64,000 nt of DNA, taken from the NCBI GenBank assembly GCA_965153355.1, contig OZ231126.1, forward strand, positions 19,034,001 through 19,098,000, written 5' to 3'. Below are positions 52,394 to 64,000 of this stretch, piece after piece. Origin of the DNA: Flaccisagitta enflata. Lineage: Eukaryota. Numbering within the stretch: position 1 is the stretch's first letter; each line of letters begins with the position of its first letter. The notes beneath the pieces are model-generated. The model was not told the origin of the DNA. It saw only the letters and a program-made list of their open reading frames with translations, and searched no databases. Both the position numbers and the translations under genes were made by a program.

Positions 52394-54444
52394 GGTCTGG
52401 GTGCTTCTAGACATTGAACAATAATAATTCATCAACATGATTTGGCAAATTCTTCGTTACCGGCAAGAGCAAGTATATTTCCTTCCATGGATCAAGATCA
52501 CTCAGTTGGTGTATGAATGACAATGATCAAAAGAGCAAGTTTGGACGAATGACTCATCCACTATCGGCCGTAAGTGGAGGAGGCCTGCTGAGAGGAGCAA
52601 GTATCTATTGAGGGGAATTGAGTCTCATGCAAGTCACGCAGTAAAGTTCAAGTCTACATTGTTCTACATTCTGGCATTGTTTCAAAAGTATTGGGTTGAT
52701 GGTCATCGACTGTTGAACTTTACAGCATGCCCTCTATCAAGTCAAGAAGCACGCCGGTGCTGATGGCCTTTGGCTGTCGAATCCGGAAACTACACATCAT
52801 GGAGGTGCTAAAACACCTAAGCGGTGCAGCGAGCTTTGTCGCAAACTTTATCAGGCCTTGGTAGCCTCTTGGCTGACCACAAAAAGGCTAAAATACAGGC
52901 ACCATGGCATCTAGTGCTCAGTGCCTGTGACTTTAGTATTTGGGGGTGTCTTGGTGCCCCATCCTCATCTTTTTATGCCCAGTATTTTCTCAAGTTTTCT
53001 TGATCTTTCATCTTTTCTGCAAGTTGAGAATTCTTGATCTATCTTTTTCATCTCTTCTCATTACTGTTTTTCATCCCCTGTTCCATCATTCTAGGCTCAT
53101 ATTCCGTCATTGCATTTTGGTTGTCTTATTCCTTATCTTTGCAATCAACCCCATTGCCCAACCTTTTCTTGTCCATCCCAAATTCTTCCGTTGTTTAGTT
53201 ACTTGTATCAGATGGAAGATGTCGGAGTTGATTATCCGGCTTTTTCAAGTCAAGAAGCATGCCAGTGCTGATGGCCTATGGCTGTCGAATCTGGATACAT
53301 CTAACATGCGGTTTGATCAAGCGAGGTTTAGGCAAGAGGGTGCCTTTGAAGATTCGATAATTCCTGGCGAATAAAAGGAGCTCTGACAATTGAGCATGGA
53401 GTCGACCCAAGTTCATTAACTTTTAACTCCTTTTAACTCAGGGAAAAATCCAAGCACGAGTGGACGCACTTGGTGCTGATGTGTGAAAATACAGTGATTT
53501 CTTGTAAAAAGTTTAGTATGCTGAAAAAAAAAGATATTTTTACTTTTAGTAATGATCCAGATTTTGGAGGTTGTGTAACTTGATGAAAGTGGTCCCTTTT
53601 AGTAAGGAATCTGTACGCAGGGACTGCTTTCTAGTAAGGGTGAATCCCTGTAGTAGTCCAATTTCCGCATCCATATTTCCAAGAACTGTAGTATTACATG
53701 GATGCATAGTTGAATGATCATATTGCAAAGTCCTGTTTAAAAGTGTCCCTAGTTTCCCTAGTTAGCTATTTACGTACTTAAGTGATGGATCTTTTGCAGT
53801 CTCTCAGTAGCTTTTACATGATGATGATTCCCGTATATTTATAGCTTATTAGCGTATGATGTCATTGTTAGTTTTATAAAGAAGAATACTTTTAGCTATT
53901 TTACTACGTAAAGGATGGGATGGTTAATTACATTTTTCATTTGGTAACTGACGTTTGATGTACAAGTATTAGCTTCCTTTCAATCTCAGCAAATACTGTA
54001 GACAGATTGCGATTTGATTGCTTACACAATTTTGCAATACTTTGCTCGATAATTGATTACCTCATTTTGATGATCAGGTGTGATAAGCATATCAGTGTGT
54101 TGGTAGTGAATTGCTGAGAGGTCTTTTTGCCGTACAATATAATCAAACATCAACGTCAAGATTATCCAGTTATCCTTTCTCCCATCTCTTCAAGATAAGA
54201 AGTCAATAAGTTAAGAAACCTTTTCAAGAGACAGATGTGGAGTTGGCTGCCTGAGCAAGTTAGTCATTCTGCCACAAATCTATTGCGATGGGCACATGCG
54301 TGGATGCCCTGTCTACACCATTGGACAGTGGCAATTAGTCAAGACACTACAAGTCTGGATCCCTCAAGAGTCAGGTCCGTAGTCACTGTGCCCCATTTGT
54401 CGCATTAACACCGATACAACCCTGAATAATAACCTTCGTTTACA

Positions 54445-54446
54445 TT

Positions 54447-54490
<44 letters not shown>

Positions 54491-54652
54491 TTTTTCTTTC
54501 TTTTTTTCGTCTTCCTTTTTACTTCCTTTTTTTATTCTTCCTTCTTTCCCTATTTCTTTCTTACCTTCTTCCGTACGTTCACTTTATTTTCCTTTTCTTT
54601 TTTTCTTTCTTTCTTCCTCTGTTTCTTTCACTCTTTCTCTCGTTTTTTTTTT

Positions 54653-54728
<76 letters not shown>

Positions 54729-54860
54729 TTTTTCTTTCTTTCTTTCTTTTTTTTCTTTCTTTTTCTTTTTCTTTTTATTCTTTCCTCCTTGGCTCCTTCC
54801 TTCTTTCTCTCTTTTCTCTCTATCTTTCTCTCTTTCTTTTTCCTTTCACGATTTCTTTTC
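54445..54860. repeat. (TTTC)n / polypyrimidine tract abutting the 3' LTR
   Basis: Read directly. Confidence 0.9.
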
Positions 54861-55617
54861 GCTCTTTCTTCTTTCGTAGCGAACTGTTTCTCTCTCCTAA
54901 ATTCCACCGGTAATATCTTGTGCGACATCTCGCAATGAAAAGGGAGATGACCTGTCAAGTGGAAACAAAAGGCCAGCAAAAGTAAAAAAAGGATGGAACA
55001 ATAAATGAACCAAGGATACAGAGAAAAAGAATCGATAGAAGAAAAAAAAAGACGAAAGAACGAGATGAAAAAAAGGGAAGAAAAGGAAAAAAGGAAGAAA
55101 GTCTCTTACTCTTTTTCTCTCTTCGTTTCTTTCTTTTCTTTCTCTTTTAAAAAACGGCGGAAGTTGAGAATGAAAAAAAGGCGTCAAAAGAGTGAAGAGG
55201 AAACTTTGGCCACCTGCTGATGGACGATGGAAACTCGGAATAGCGGTGGAAACGGGAGTGATGAAACAGGTCACGAGGAGGGAGGGGGGGGGAAGAATAG
55301 AGGAGTGTGAAGGTTCATGAACAGGCTCAGCCGCTCAGGAGCTGGGCCGAGCGTGACACTGCGGTAAACCTCTATCCCGTGGACGTTACAACAACGCCAT
55401 TTTCCGCCATTTGGCGAAGCGATGCAATTTATTGCAATATCGTGTCCCGGACGGTACGGTATGAGACGAGTCTTCGATAATCATACCGTATCTGTATTTA
55501 CTCATCTGTGGTTACAACTTCAGACATACGCTAGACAACCTCACATTTTTGACATATCACTTGCCTGACTGATGGAGAGACAGACAGACGGACAAGGTGA
55601 TGTAAGCAGGGGCAGCA

Positions 55618-55709
55618 AGAGAAAGAATGAGAGAGAAAGAATGAGAGAGAAAGAATGAGAGAGAAAGAATGAGAGAGAAAGAATGAGAGAGAAAGAATGA
55701 GAGAGAAAG

Positions 55710-55804
<95 letters not shown>

Positions 55805-55858
55805 ATGGGAGAGAAAAAATGAGGGAGAAAGAATGAGAGAGAAAGAATGAGAGACGAA

Positions 55859-55950
<92 letters not shown>
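55618..55950. repeat. (GAAAGAATGAGAGA)n and (GA)n tract
   Basis: Read directly. Confidence 0.9.
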
Positions 55951-55953
<3 letters not shown>

Positions 55954-56388
55954 TTTCTTCTTTCTTTTTTTCTTTTCTTCTTTTTTTCTTTTTTTCTTTT
56001 CTTCTTTTTTTCTTTTCTTCTTTTTCTTTTTCTCCTTCTTCCTCTTCTTCTTGTTTTCAATACCGTTACCGTCACGGCCAAGCAGCCCATTACCGTTTTA
56101 GGGCGACCCTGCCTTTTTTCCGCAACCGGAACGAACTTCCGGTTTCACGCTCGGGCCAGCTCAGGAGTCTTCCGGGCCGCGGCTGTGCGTATGAGTGAAA
56201 TCGCAAATGAAACGACAAACCTTGTCATGGTAAACATTTCGAACCATGAAGCGTTTGAACAAATTGCTATCAAATGGCTTGTTGTTTTTAGGTCCGTCTT
56301 CGCATCTCTACAAGAGGCTTTGTCCGCCCACCGTCCGTCCGTCCGTCCGTGGCGTTTTTGTTCTTGTAAAATCGAGCCAAATCGAGCA

Positions 56389-56467
<79 letters not shown>

Positions 56468-57199
56468 TGTCTCTATGTCTTCTTCTCGTGCGCGCACGCG
56501 ATAAATTGCTCAGTCACAGGCATAAAACGCACAGGACGCATCTATACGTCGAATTTCGGCCTCATAAAGCCGTCACTTGTTGGTCCGACAGTCCATTCAT
56601 TCGTAATGAAAGTGGAAAAACGAGCGTGTTAGATACTTGTCTTTTTGTGTACCCTGTCTTCAAAAGCAACTGTAACCAGCAAAAGTTGTATTATGCGATA
56701 ACTGTTCCTATTACAAAATTCAGTTTTTTTTCTTTTTTAAAGCATATCAACTGCGGATTCTTCATGCGAAATTTCAGCACTTTTTATCGAGTGGCGATAC
56801 TGCTTTCCATTTCAGACATGAATGGGGGTGTTTGACTACAAGTCTATGAAAGTTAAAACAACAAAAATAGTCGCAAAAGCGTTAGATGGTCAGCGGTATC
56901 CGTTGCCCCTATGTGAGTATATGTGGAGTGTGAAGGTGAGAGGGGCAGCGGCCCCGAAGGGGCCGATGACCTATGCTTAGTAAGTTTTGAAGCTCTAGGA
57001 TTGAATTTGAGCATCAATAATGGGATTTGAGCCTCAAGGCTGCGATTTGAGTCATGAGTCTGTGATTTGAGCCTCGAGGCTGTAATTTGAGCCATGAGGC
57101 TGTTATTTGAGCCTCGAGGCTGTGATATGAGGCTGAGGCTGGGATTGAATGAATGAATGAAAACATCTATTTTCTCCGAAACATGGGGCATTGTAACAC

Positions 57200-60044
57200 T
57201 AGCCAGAGCACACAGATAGATGGGGTAGGAGCACAGGATACCATTGATCAGTATAAGGGTTTCTTTGACCGTAGAATCGATTGGAGGGGTCAAAAGAGGT
57301 CAAAAACGACCGGATCGTGTCCCACGCTGGCCCTGAACAAGCATTATGACGTATTTTCACTATTTTTCTTCTATTTTTGGTACTTCTCCGCTTCTCTGTT
57401 GTCACCAATGCATCTTACTCGACTTTTTATGGATTAAGAAGCCTTTCTTGCAAGTAAATTATTGATAGATATGATCAGGAACGGTAGATGGGGTGCTTAT
57501 GACACATAATTCTGGTTTGGGGCCCTGGATCGAGCATAAATACAAATATACGAAGGAAAAACCGGGAAAAGTTCACTTTTCATCAACTACAGATGATTTG
57601 TTTTTCTATTTCCTCTTACATTTTCATTGTGGGAAACTTGTAGTTCCAAGGGGGGGGGGGGAAGAGGAGGAAGAAGAGGAGGAGGAGGAGAAGGAGGAGG
57701 AGCAAGAATCACCCATCTCATCAATGTGAAGAAATAGGTAAGTATAAGTCGACTCAGCAAACGTCAAATGAGTGGTGGCGTCGATGTTCTATGAAAGAAG
57801 AAGAAGAATGGAATGGAATTGGTCCAGGATGAAATGTTTTTGATAGTAAAACTGAGAAATAGGGGATGGTAGCCCCTGAGGTACCCTCCAGGGGCTCTCA
57901 AAGGGGCCCGAAATAGGACAAATTGCTAAAAATGACCAAAATTATGATTCTTTTTGTTGTTATTCCTGCATCCCGCTTCATTGTCATCGGAGGAATAATT
58001 GCTGTAAAGATACAGTAATCTGGTACGGGGGAACCATTATAAAGATGAAGAGCCCCTGGGGACCCCATTTACAGTCTATGGACATTACAGTATTTGTAGA
58101 TATGTCAGCAGTTTGGCATATCTCAAAGCATTGAAATCTCTCATTCTAGCACATTTCAGAATGAGAGATCTCAACTTGTTGAAATGTGCTAGAATGAGAA
58201 ATTGCAACGCATTTAAATGTGCCAGAATAAATGATCTCAACGCATTCAGATATGCTAAACTGCTGACATATCTACAAATACCATTTTGTCCACTGACTGT
58301 TTAGGGGGCCCTATAGGCTCAAGATCATGACTTTTTAGCATTGTTCAGAAAAGTACATTTTCTGAAAATATTCTGTGATCTGGTATGGGGCACAGACAAA
58401 CGTTAAGGGCCTATAGAAACCCCATCAAGGGGGCCTTAAGTGCTCAAAAAGATTGACAAAATTAGAATAGCTGAAAATGACAAGGATCATGATTCCTTGG
58501 TTGTTGTTTCTGCATCTCTGTCTTGAGAGTCGTAAAATTTCTGGCAAGACTCTTGACTCAAGAGATTCATGTAGTATGAGAAAACAGTAAAGGAGGTTAA
58601 GATCAAGGGACCCCATGCTGGGGGCCTTGAGGGCTCAAAAAAGACAAATTGATTTTGTCGAAAAATGCTGAAAATGTCCAAAATAATCTTTTGTTGCTTC
58701 GATGTTATTACAAGAATGTGCTGTCAAGATAAAGTAATCTGGTGTGGGGGAACAAAAGCAAGGTTGAGGGCCCAAAGGCCCCAGCAAAAATGCCAAATTG
58801 AAACCAAAGGAATAGCAGAAATAGTCGCAAAAGCGTTAGATGGTCAGCGGTACCAATGCCCTGCCTAAGTAGGTTTTGGCTAAAGTTGAGGGGGAGCAGG
58901 GCAGCGGCCCCAAAAAGGGTCGATGACCTATGCCTTCACACATGGAGGATTTTCTCCTTCACCTCCTCCTCCTCCTCCTCCCCCCTCTGAATCAGATCCT
59001 CGCCTCAAGGCCAAAATCCTAGCCTCGAGGCCCAAATCCCAGTCTTAGGGCTTCAAGGATGGGTTTTGGGCCTTGAGGCGGAGATTTGGGCCTCTAGGCG
59101 GAGATTTGGGCCTCAAGGCGGAGATTTGGGAGTCAAGGCGGAAATTTGGGCCTCAAGGCTGGGATTTGGGCCTCGAGGCGGTTTTTGTATAACTGCTCCT
59201 GCCGAACCGTCCGCGACTGGATTGCCGTGTATCCGGCCATGTTTCTGCCATGGTAACGTATTTGTCAGTAGTTAAGGATAGTTGTGAGCAATCCGGAGTA
59301 AACACCATTGAAAGCTTGCAAATGATTCTTTTTTTATCTAGTGATATCATTCAGTCAATATGAAAAAAAAATTCGGTAGACGGCGTTGATTTGATTCCTT
59401 GCTTCTTCTTCTTCTTCTTCTTCTTCTTCTTCATCTTCTTCTTCTTCTCCTTCTTCTTTGATGAAATGCGATGTCGTCCTTAGAAATTACTTTTCAAAAA
59501 TCGTTCAAGCTCTGCCTCTCTCCTCTTCCTATCTCTCCTTATCCTCCTCTTCTTTTTCCTCCTCCTCCTCTTCCTCTTCCTCCTCCCCATCCTTCACCTC
59601 TTCCTACTGTTTTCCTTCTCTATGACCCTCATTTAACTTTTCCACGACCCTCATGAGGCCTCATTTTACTGTGTTTTTCCCGATTGACGCTCAAAATAAA
59701 GCCATTTATGCTCGAGACCGGGCCCCAAGACGGAATTTCATGGTATATGGGCTGTTATAGGTTAATTATAGATTATATTCTAACAAAGTGTGTTCGTATT
59801 AATGCCTGATGTCTCCACAAAGTTGATTGGCAGCGATTGGTATAAATTCACAGTCCAATTACGCTAAAAATTGCCAAAAATACCCTAAAAATGGTCAATA
59901 TGCTCGTTCAGGGCCAGCGTGGGACACGATGCGGTCGTTTTTGACCTCTTTTGACCCCTCCAATCGATTCTACGGTCAAAGAAACCCTTATACTGATCAA
60001 TGGTATCCTGTGCTCCTACCCCATCTATCTGTGTGCTCTGGCTA
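57200..60044. mobile_element. Mutator-like (MULE) non-autonomous element, ~145-bp TIRs, 9-11-bp TSD
   Basis: TTGTAACAC|TAGCCAGAGCACACAGATAG ... CTATCTGTGTGCTCTGGCTA|TTGTAACAC; the direct repeat extends to ATTGTAACACT. TIRs ~57200-57345 and ~59900-60044 are almost identical. Confidence 0.85.
58072..58299. mobile_element. Palindromic MITE, same family as 20996-21295, nested in the MULE
   Basis: CAGTCTATGGACAT...TTTTGTCCACTGACTG with the same internal repeats. Confidence 0.75.
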
Positions 60045-61808
60045 TTGTAACACTTTGGTTGTACAAAACAGAGCGGGCTACGCCTAAGCGGAACGTCCAA
60101 CGAATTTAACGATTGCATAGTACGGGGAGTCAGTTTGTAGACAGCTTGTAAATGGCAGACCGGTTTAAAAGAGAACAAATACAGTCGAGAATTTTCAATG
60201 AAAACATGGCAAACATTGTTTCTATAAGAACATGGTTCAAGTTTAAGAGAGATAAAAATAAGCAAGCTTTGTATAACTTTAAACAAAAGAAGATATAGTC
60301 TTTTAGCAATATTACACAGTAAACGATATGGGTTAGAGTTCAGTAGTTTTTATCTTAAATGAAAAACAAAAGATACACATCTTAAGTAAAGAGAGAGAAA
60401 AAAAAAATAAAGAAAAAACTAAAAGAAAAAAAAATCAAAACAAAACTCGGTTTAACAGACAAGATGATATCGTAATTACCAGGAAGACAAAGGAATGCTC
60501 TTCCCTCCCTCCCCCCGGGTTGTAATTAGATTTCGACGGGCGTTGAGGGCGCTAGGAAGAACGTCATGTTTTTCACTTTAGTTGTAAAGGGCGATGGGAG
60601 AGACAGAAGTTCGATTTTTTTTCACATTACGTCAGGCGGCGTTTGGGGGATGCGTGGGAGGCTTATATTGTTATTGAATGCATGACTGCGTAACATGTGC
60701 CAGTGGTTTTTTGATCGCGTCCGCCGGGGGGCGAAAAGGGTGAATTTGAGCATCAATAGTGGGATTTGAGGCTTTAGGCTGGGATTTGAGCCATGAGGCT
60801 GGGATTTGAGGCTTGGGGCTGGGATTTGAGGCTTGGGGCTGAGATTTGAGGCTTGGGGCTGGGATTTGAGGCTTGAGGCTGGGATTTGAGGCTTTAGGCT
60901 GGGATTTGAGCCTTTAGGCTGGGATATGGGCCTCTAGACTGGGATTTGAGCCTCAAGGCTGGGATTTGAGCCTCAAGGTTGGGATTTGAGCCTTAAGGTT
61001 GGGATTTGAGCCCCGAAGCTAGGATTTGGGCCTCGAGACTAGGATTTGGGCCTCAAGACTAGGATTTGGGCCCCAAGGCCAGGATATGAGCTTCGAAGGG
61101 GGTGGACGGAGGAGGAGGAGGAGAAGAAGGAGAAGGAAAAATTTCCCCTATGTGTGAAAGCATAGGTCATCGGCCCCTTCAATGGCGTTTACTCCGGATT
61201 GCTCACAACTATCCTTTACTATTGACAAACAAAATGCTTACCTAACAAAAGTTTCAGCCCGACTGCATACCTCATTAGTTTAGGGTTGGACAGGCCTATA
61301 CCATTTAGTATACACAAAATATCTTACAAAAGTAACAATCAAAGATTACTAATGTACTGGTGGAAGTACTGACACTAGCAATATTGATTAGAAACCCATA
61401 CCCTTAGAGGCAAGAATCGAGGTACAACCATTTGGGACCGCCGCACTAAGGGCCATGGATTGCGCTAGATGGCTCCTTGAAAATTTTCATCTCTGCTATA
61501 TAACTCAAACTAAGTAGAACGGTCATAGTAGCATTTGTGCATATGACAGGTTTTATGGCGATTTAGAGTGAAAAAAAAAAACGACCTAAATAGACGTTAC
61601 TACAAAAAATGCTAAATTTCAAGAAAAATCAATAAATTTTTAGGATTATCTGTTGAGAATACAAAAAGCTTATGATATCTTCTATATCGGATTGGATTCC
61701 TTCATAAATGTTTACATGTCTAGAAAAATAAAAAAAGCACTAACAAATTAGTATACTATTACTACATATTTGACCTAATTTGCATTCTTTTATTACCCTA
61801 TGAATAAA

Positions 61809-63569
61809 AACAAGGCCAACACCTATAAGTCGCGTGCGATAATGACGATAATTACCTATTGACCTAAAATTGCCTTTAATACCCTATAATTACCGATAAT
61901 TACCCATAATTAAATAATGACCTATAAGTACCTATGAAGACCTATGATTATCTATAATCAGATATGGACCAATGATTACTTATAATGACGTATGATTATC
62001 CATAATTACCCATAATTACCTATAATAACATATTGACCTAAAATTACCTTTAATGACCTATGATTACCTATAATTACCTATAATTACCCAAAATTAAATA
62101 ATGACCTATAAGTACCTATAAAGACCTATGACTACCCATAATTACATATGGACCAATAATTACCTATATTGACCTATGATTACCCATAATTACCCATAAT
62201 TACCTATTACAATTGCATGATGACCTATAATTAACTGTAATTACCTATGATTAGCTATAATTACCTATAACTGAATAATGACCTATAATTACTTAATATT
62301 GTCTATTGACATATAATTACCTATAATGACCTATAATTACCTATTATTACTTAAGATTACTTAATGACCTATAATTGCCTTTAATGACCTTTGATTACCT
62401 ATAATTACCCATAATTTCATAAAGACCTTTAATTACCAATAATTACCTATAATGACCTATAATGACCTATAATTACCTAAAATTACAAAATTACCTATAA
62501 CTACCTATAATTACCTATAATTACCTATAATTATCTATACTTACATAATGACCTATAATTGCCAATAATGACCTATAATTGCATAATGACCTATAATTAC
62601 CTATTATGACCTATAATTACCTATAATTACATAATGACCTATAATTACCTATAATTACCTATAATGGCCTATAATTTCCTATAATTACCTATAATTACCT
62701 ATGATTACATACTGACCAATAATGACCTATAATTGCATAATAACCTATAATTACCTATAATGACCTATAATTACCTATAATAACCTATAATTGCATAATA
62801 ACCTATAATTGCATAATAACCTATAATTACCTATAATTACCTGTAATCACCTATAATGACCTATTATTACCTATAATTACCTATAATTACCTATAATGAC
62901 CTATAATGACCTATAATTGCATAATAACCTATGATTACCTATAATGACCTATGATTACCTATAATGACCTATGATTACCTGTAATTGCATAATGACCTAT
63001 AATGACCTATAATTACCTATGATTACCCAAAATTACATTATGACCTATAATTACCTATAATTATGTAAATAAAAATTGACTTATACTGCCTTGAATTGAC
63101 TTACACTTAGTTAAACTGACTTAAATTGACTTGAATTTACTTAAAATGACTTGAAATGACCTAGATTGACTTGAATTGACTAAAATTCAATAATGACTCA
63201 AATGACTTAATTTGACTCAAATTTGACATAAAATGACTTAAATTGACTTATACTGCCTTAAATTGACTTATACTGAGTTAAACTGACTTAAATTGACTTA
63301 AAATGACTTAAAATGACCTAGATTGACTTAAATTGACTAAAATTCAGTAATGACTCAAATGACTTAATTTGACTTAATTTGACTTAAAGTGACTTAAAAT
63401 GACTTAAAATGATCTAATTTGACTCAAAATCACTTAATTGACTTAAAATGACTTGATAGGAATAAAACGAATAAAAAAAGTAAAATGGGGACAGACCGAC
63501 CGACCGACCGACCGACCGACCGACGGACCGACAAAGCGGGGTATAGAGTCGCGTGCACGCGACTAAAAA
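61809..63569 (-). mobile_element. HINE-like family A copy whose core is expanded into ~1.6 kb of 10-bp satellites (ATAATTACCT/ATAATGACCT, then AATTGACTTA)
   Basis: Starts AACAAGGCCAACACCTATAAGTCGCGTGCGA exactly as the ~215-bp copy at 21547-21762, and ends (GACC)n...TAGAGTCGCGTGCACGCGACTAAAAA like it. Confidence 0.8.
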
Positions 63570-64000
63570 TCGCACAAGGACGCACAATGAGCGACCTATG
63601 CCAAAATGTAGCTCAAGGGGTCCTGAATCCAGAATGCTATGGCTCAAGCCGTGCTTTGCCGTGCAATTAGTTATTTTCTTGGCCTAAAATGGACAAGTAA
63701 TAATGTGGATAAAAGTAAAAATCTATATTTGATCGGAAAAAAAATGAGTAAAATGAGCTAAATAAGCAAAAGAATGATTTTTTTTGAGGACCTTATTAAG
63801 GAATCTTATTGAACAAAGACAAAAGTTTCATTGATTTGGTCAAAACTTAAGACAATTCAAATAACAAATGTAAGAGAGTTTAGTAGTATTTTCTACTTGA
63901 TTTTCTCAACTTTCTCTTCTTTTGCATCCTTACCTCATAAAGCTTTTAATCCAATAGAAATAAGTCAATATTGGGTATGAATAGTTTCATAACATCTGAA

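Larger units (their letters stand above)
49706..54444 (+). mobile_element. Young non-autonomous LTR retroelement (Gypsy-like termini); 5' LTR lacks its 5' part
   Basis: 673-bp direct repeats at 49706-50378 and 53772-54444, with only 3 mismatches seen by eye, both ending GTTTACA. A PBS-like TGGCGCATC lies 1 nt after the first. A candidate 3' LTR start TGTAAC is at 53574, after a weak purine tract (GGAGG). No intact gag/pol. Confidence 0.8.

Noticed and set aside
55320-56230. CpG-rich patches with YY1-like (CGCCATTT) and ETS-like (ACTTCCGG) motifs as a promoter
   Set aside because: The motifs are short and no associated gene is identifiable in the window.

Overview
Eukaryotic, very probably invertebrate animal, genomic DNA: AT-rich, with GT-AG introns and dense transposable elements and microsatellites. 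The species cannot be determined from the sequence. The only host genes I can support are four tandem + strand secreted C-type lectin (CTLD) paralogues at about 4.7-21.5 kb. Three are complete five-exon genes; the first lacks exons 1-2 in this window. Each carries an extra ~70-aa two-cysteine C-terminal domain that I do not recognise, and their sugar-binding loops differ (QPD / MPR / QPT / EPN). The rest is a nested TE landscape: (a) a 3'-truncated LINE with intact ORF1 (22.1-24.0 kb); (b) a ~7.3 kb foldback element with ~1.57 kb arms containing a solo LTR (26.1-33.4 kb); (c) a young non-autonomous LTR element with 673-bp near-identical repeats, an orphan ORF and a 30-bp coding-like minisatellite (49.7-54.4 kb); (d) a MULE-like element with a 9-11 bp TSD (57.2-60.0 kb); (e) CAC..GTG elements with 4-bp TSD and several TA-TSD MITEs; (f) many Helentron/DINE-like (HINE) repeats, one with its core expanded into a 1.6 kb satellite. 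All calls were made by eye, with no database searches.
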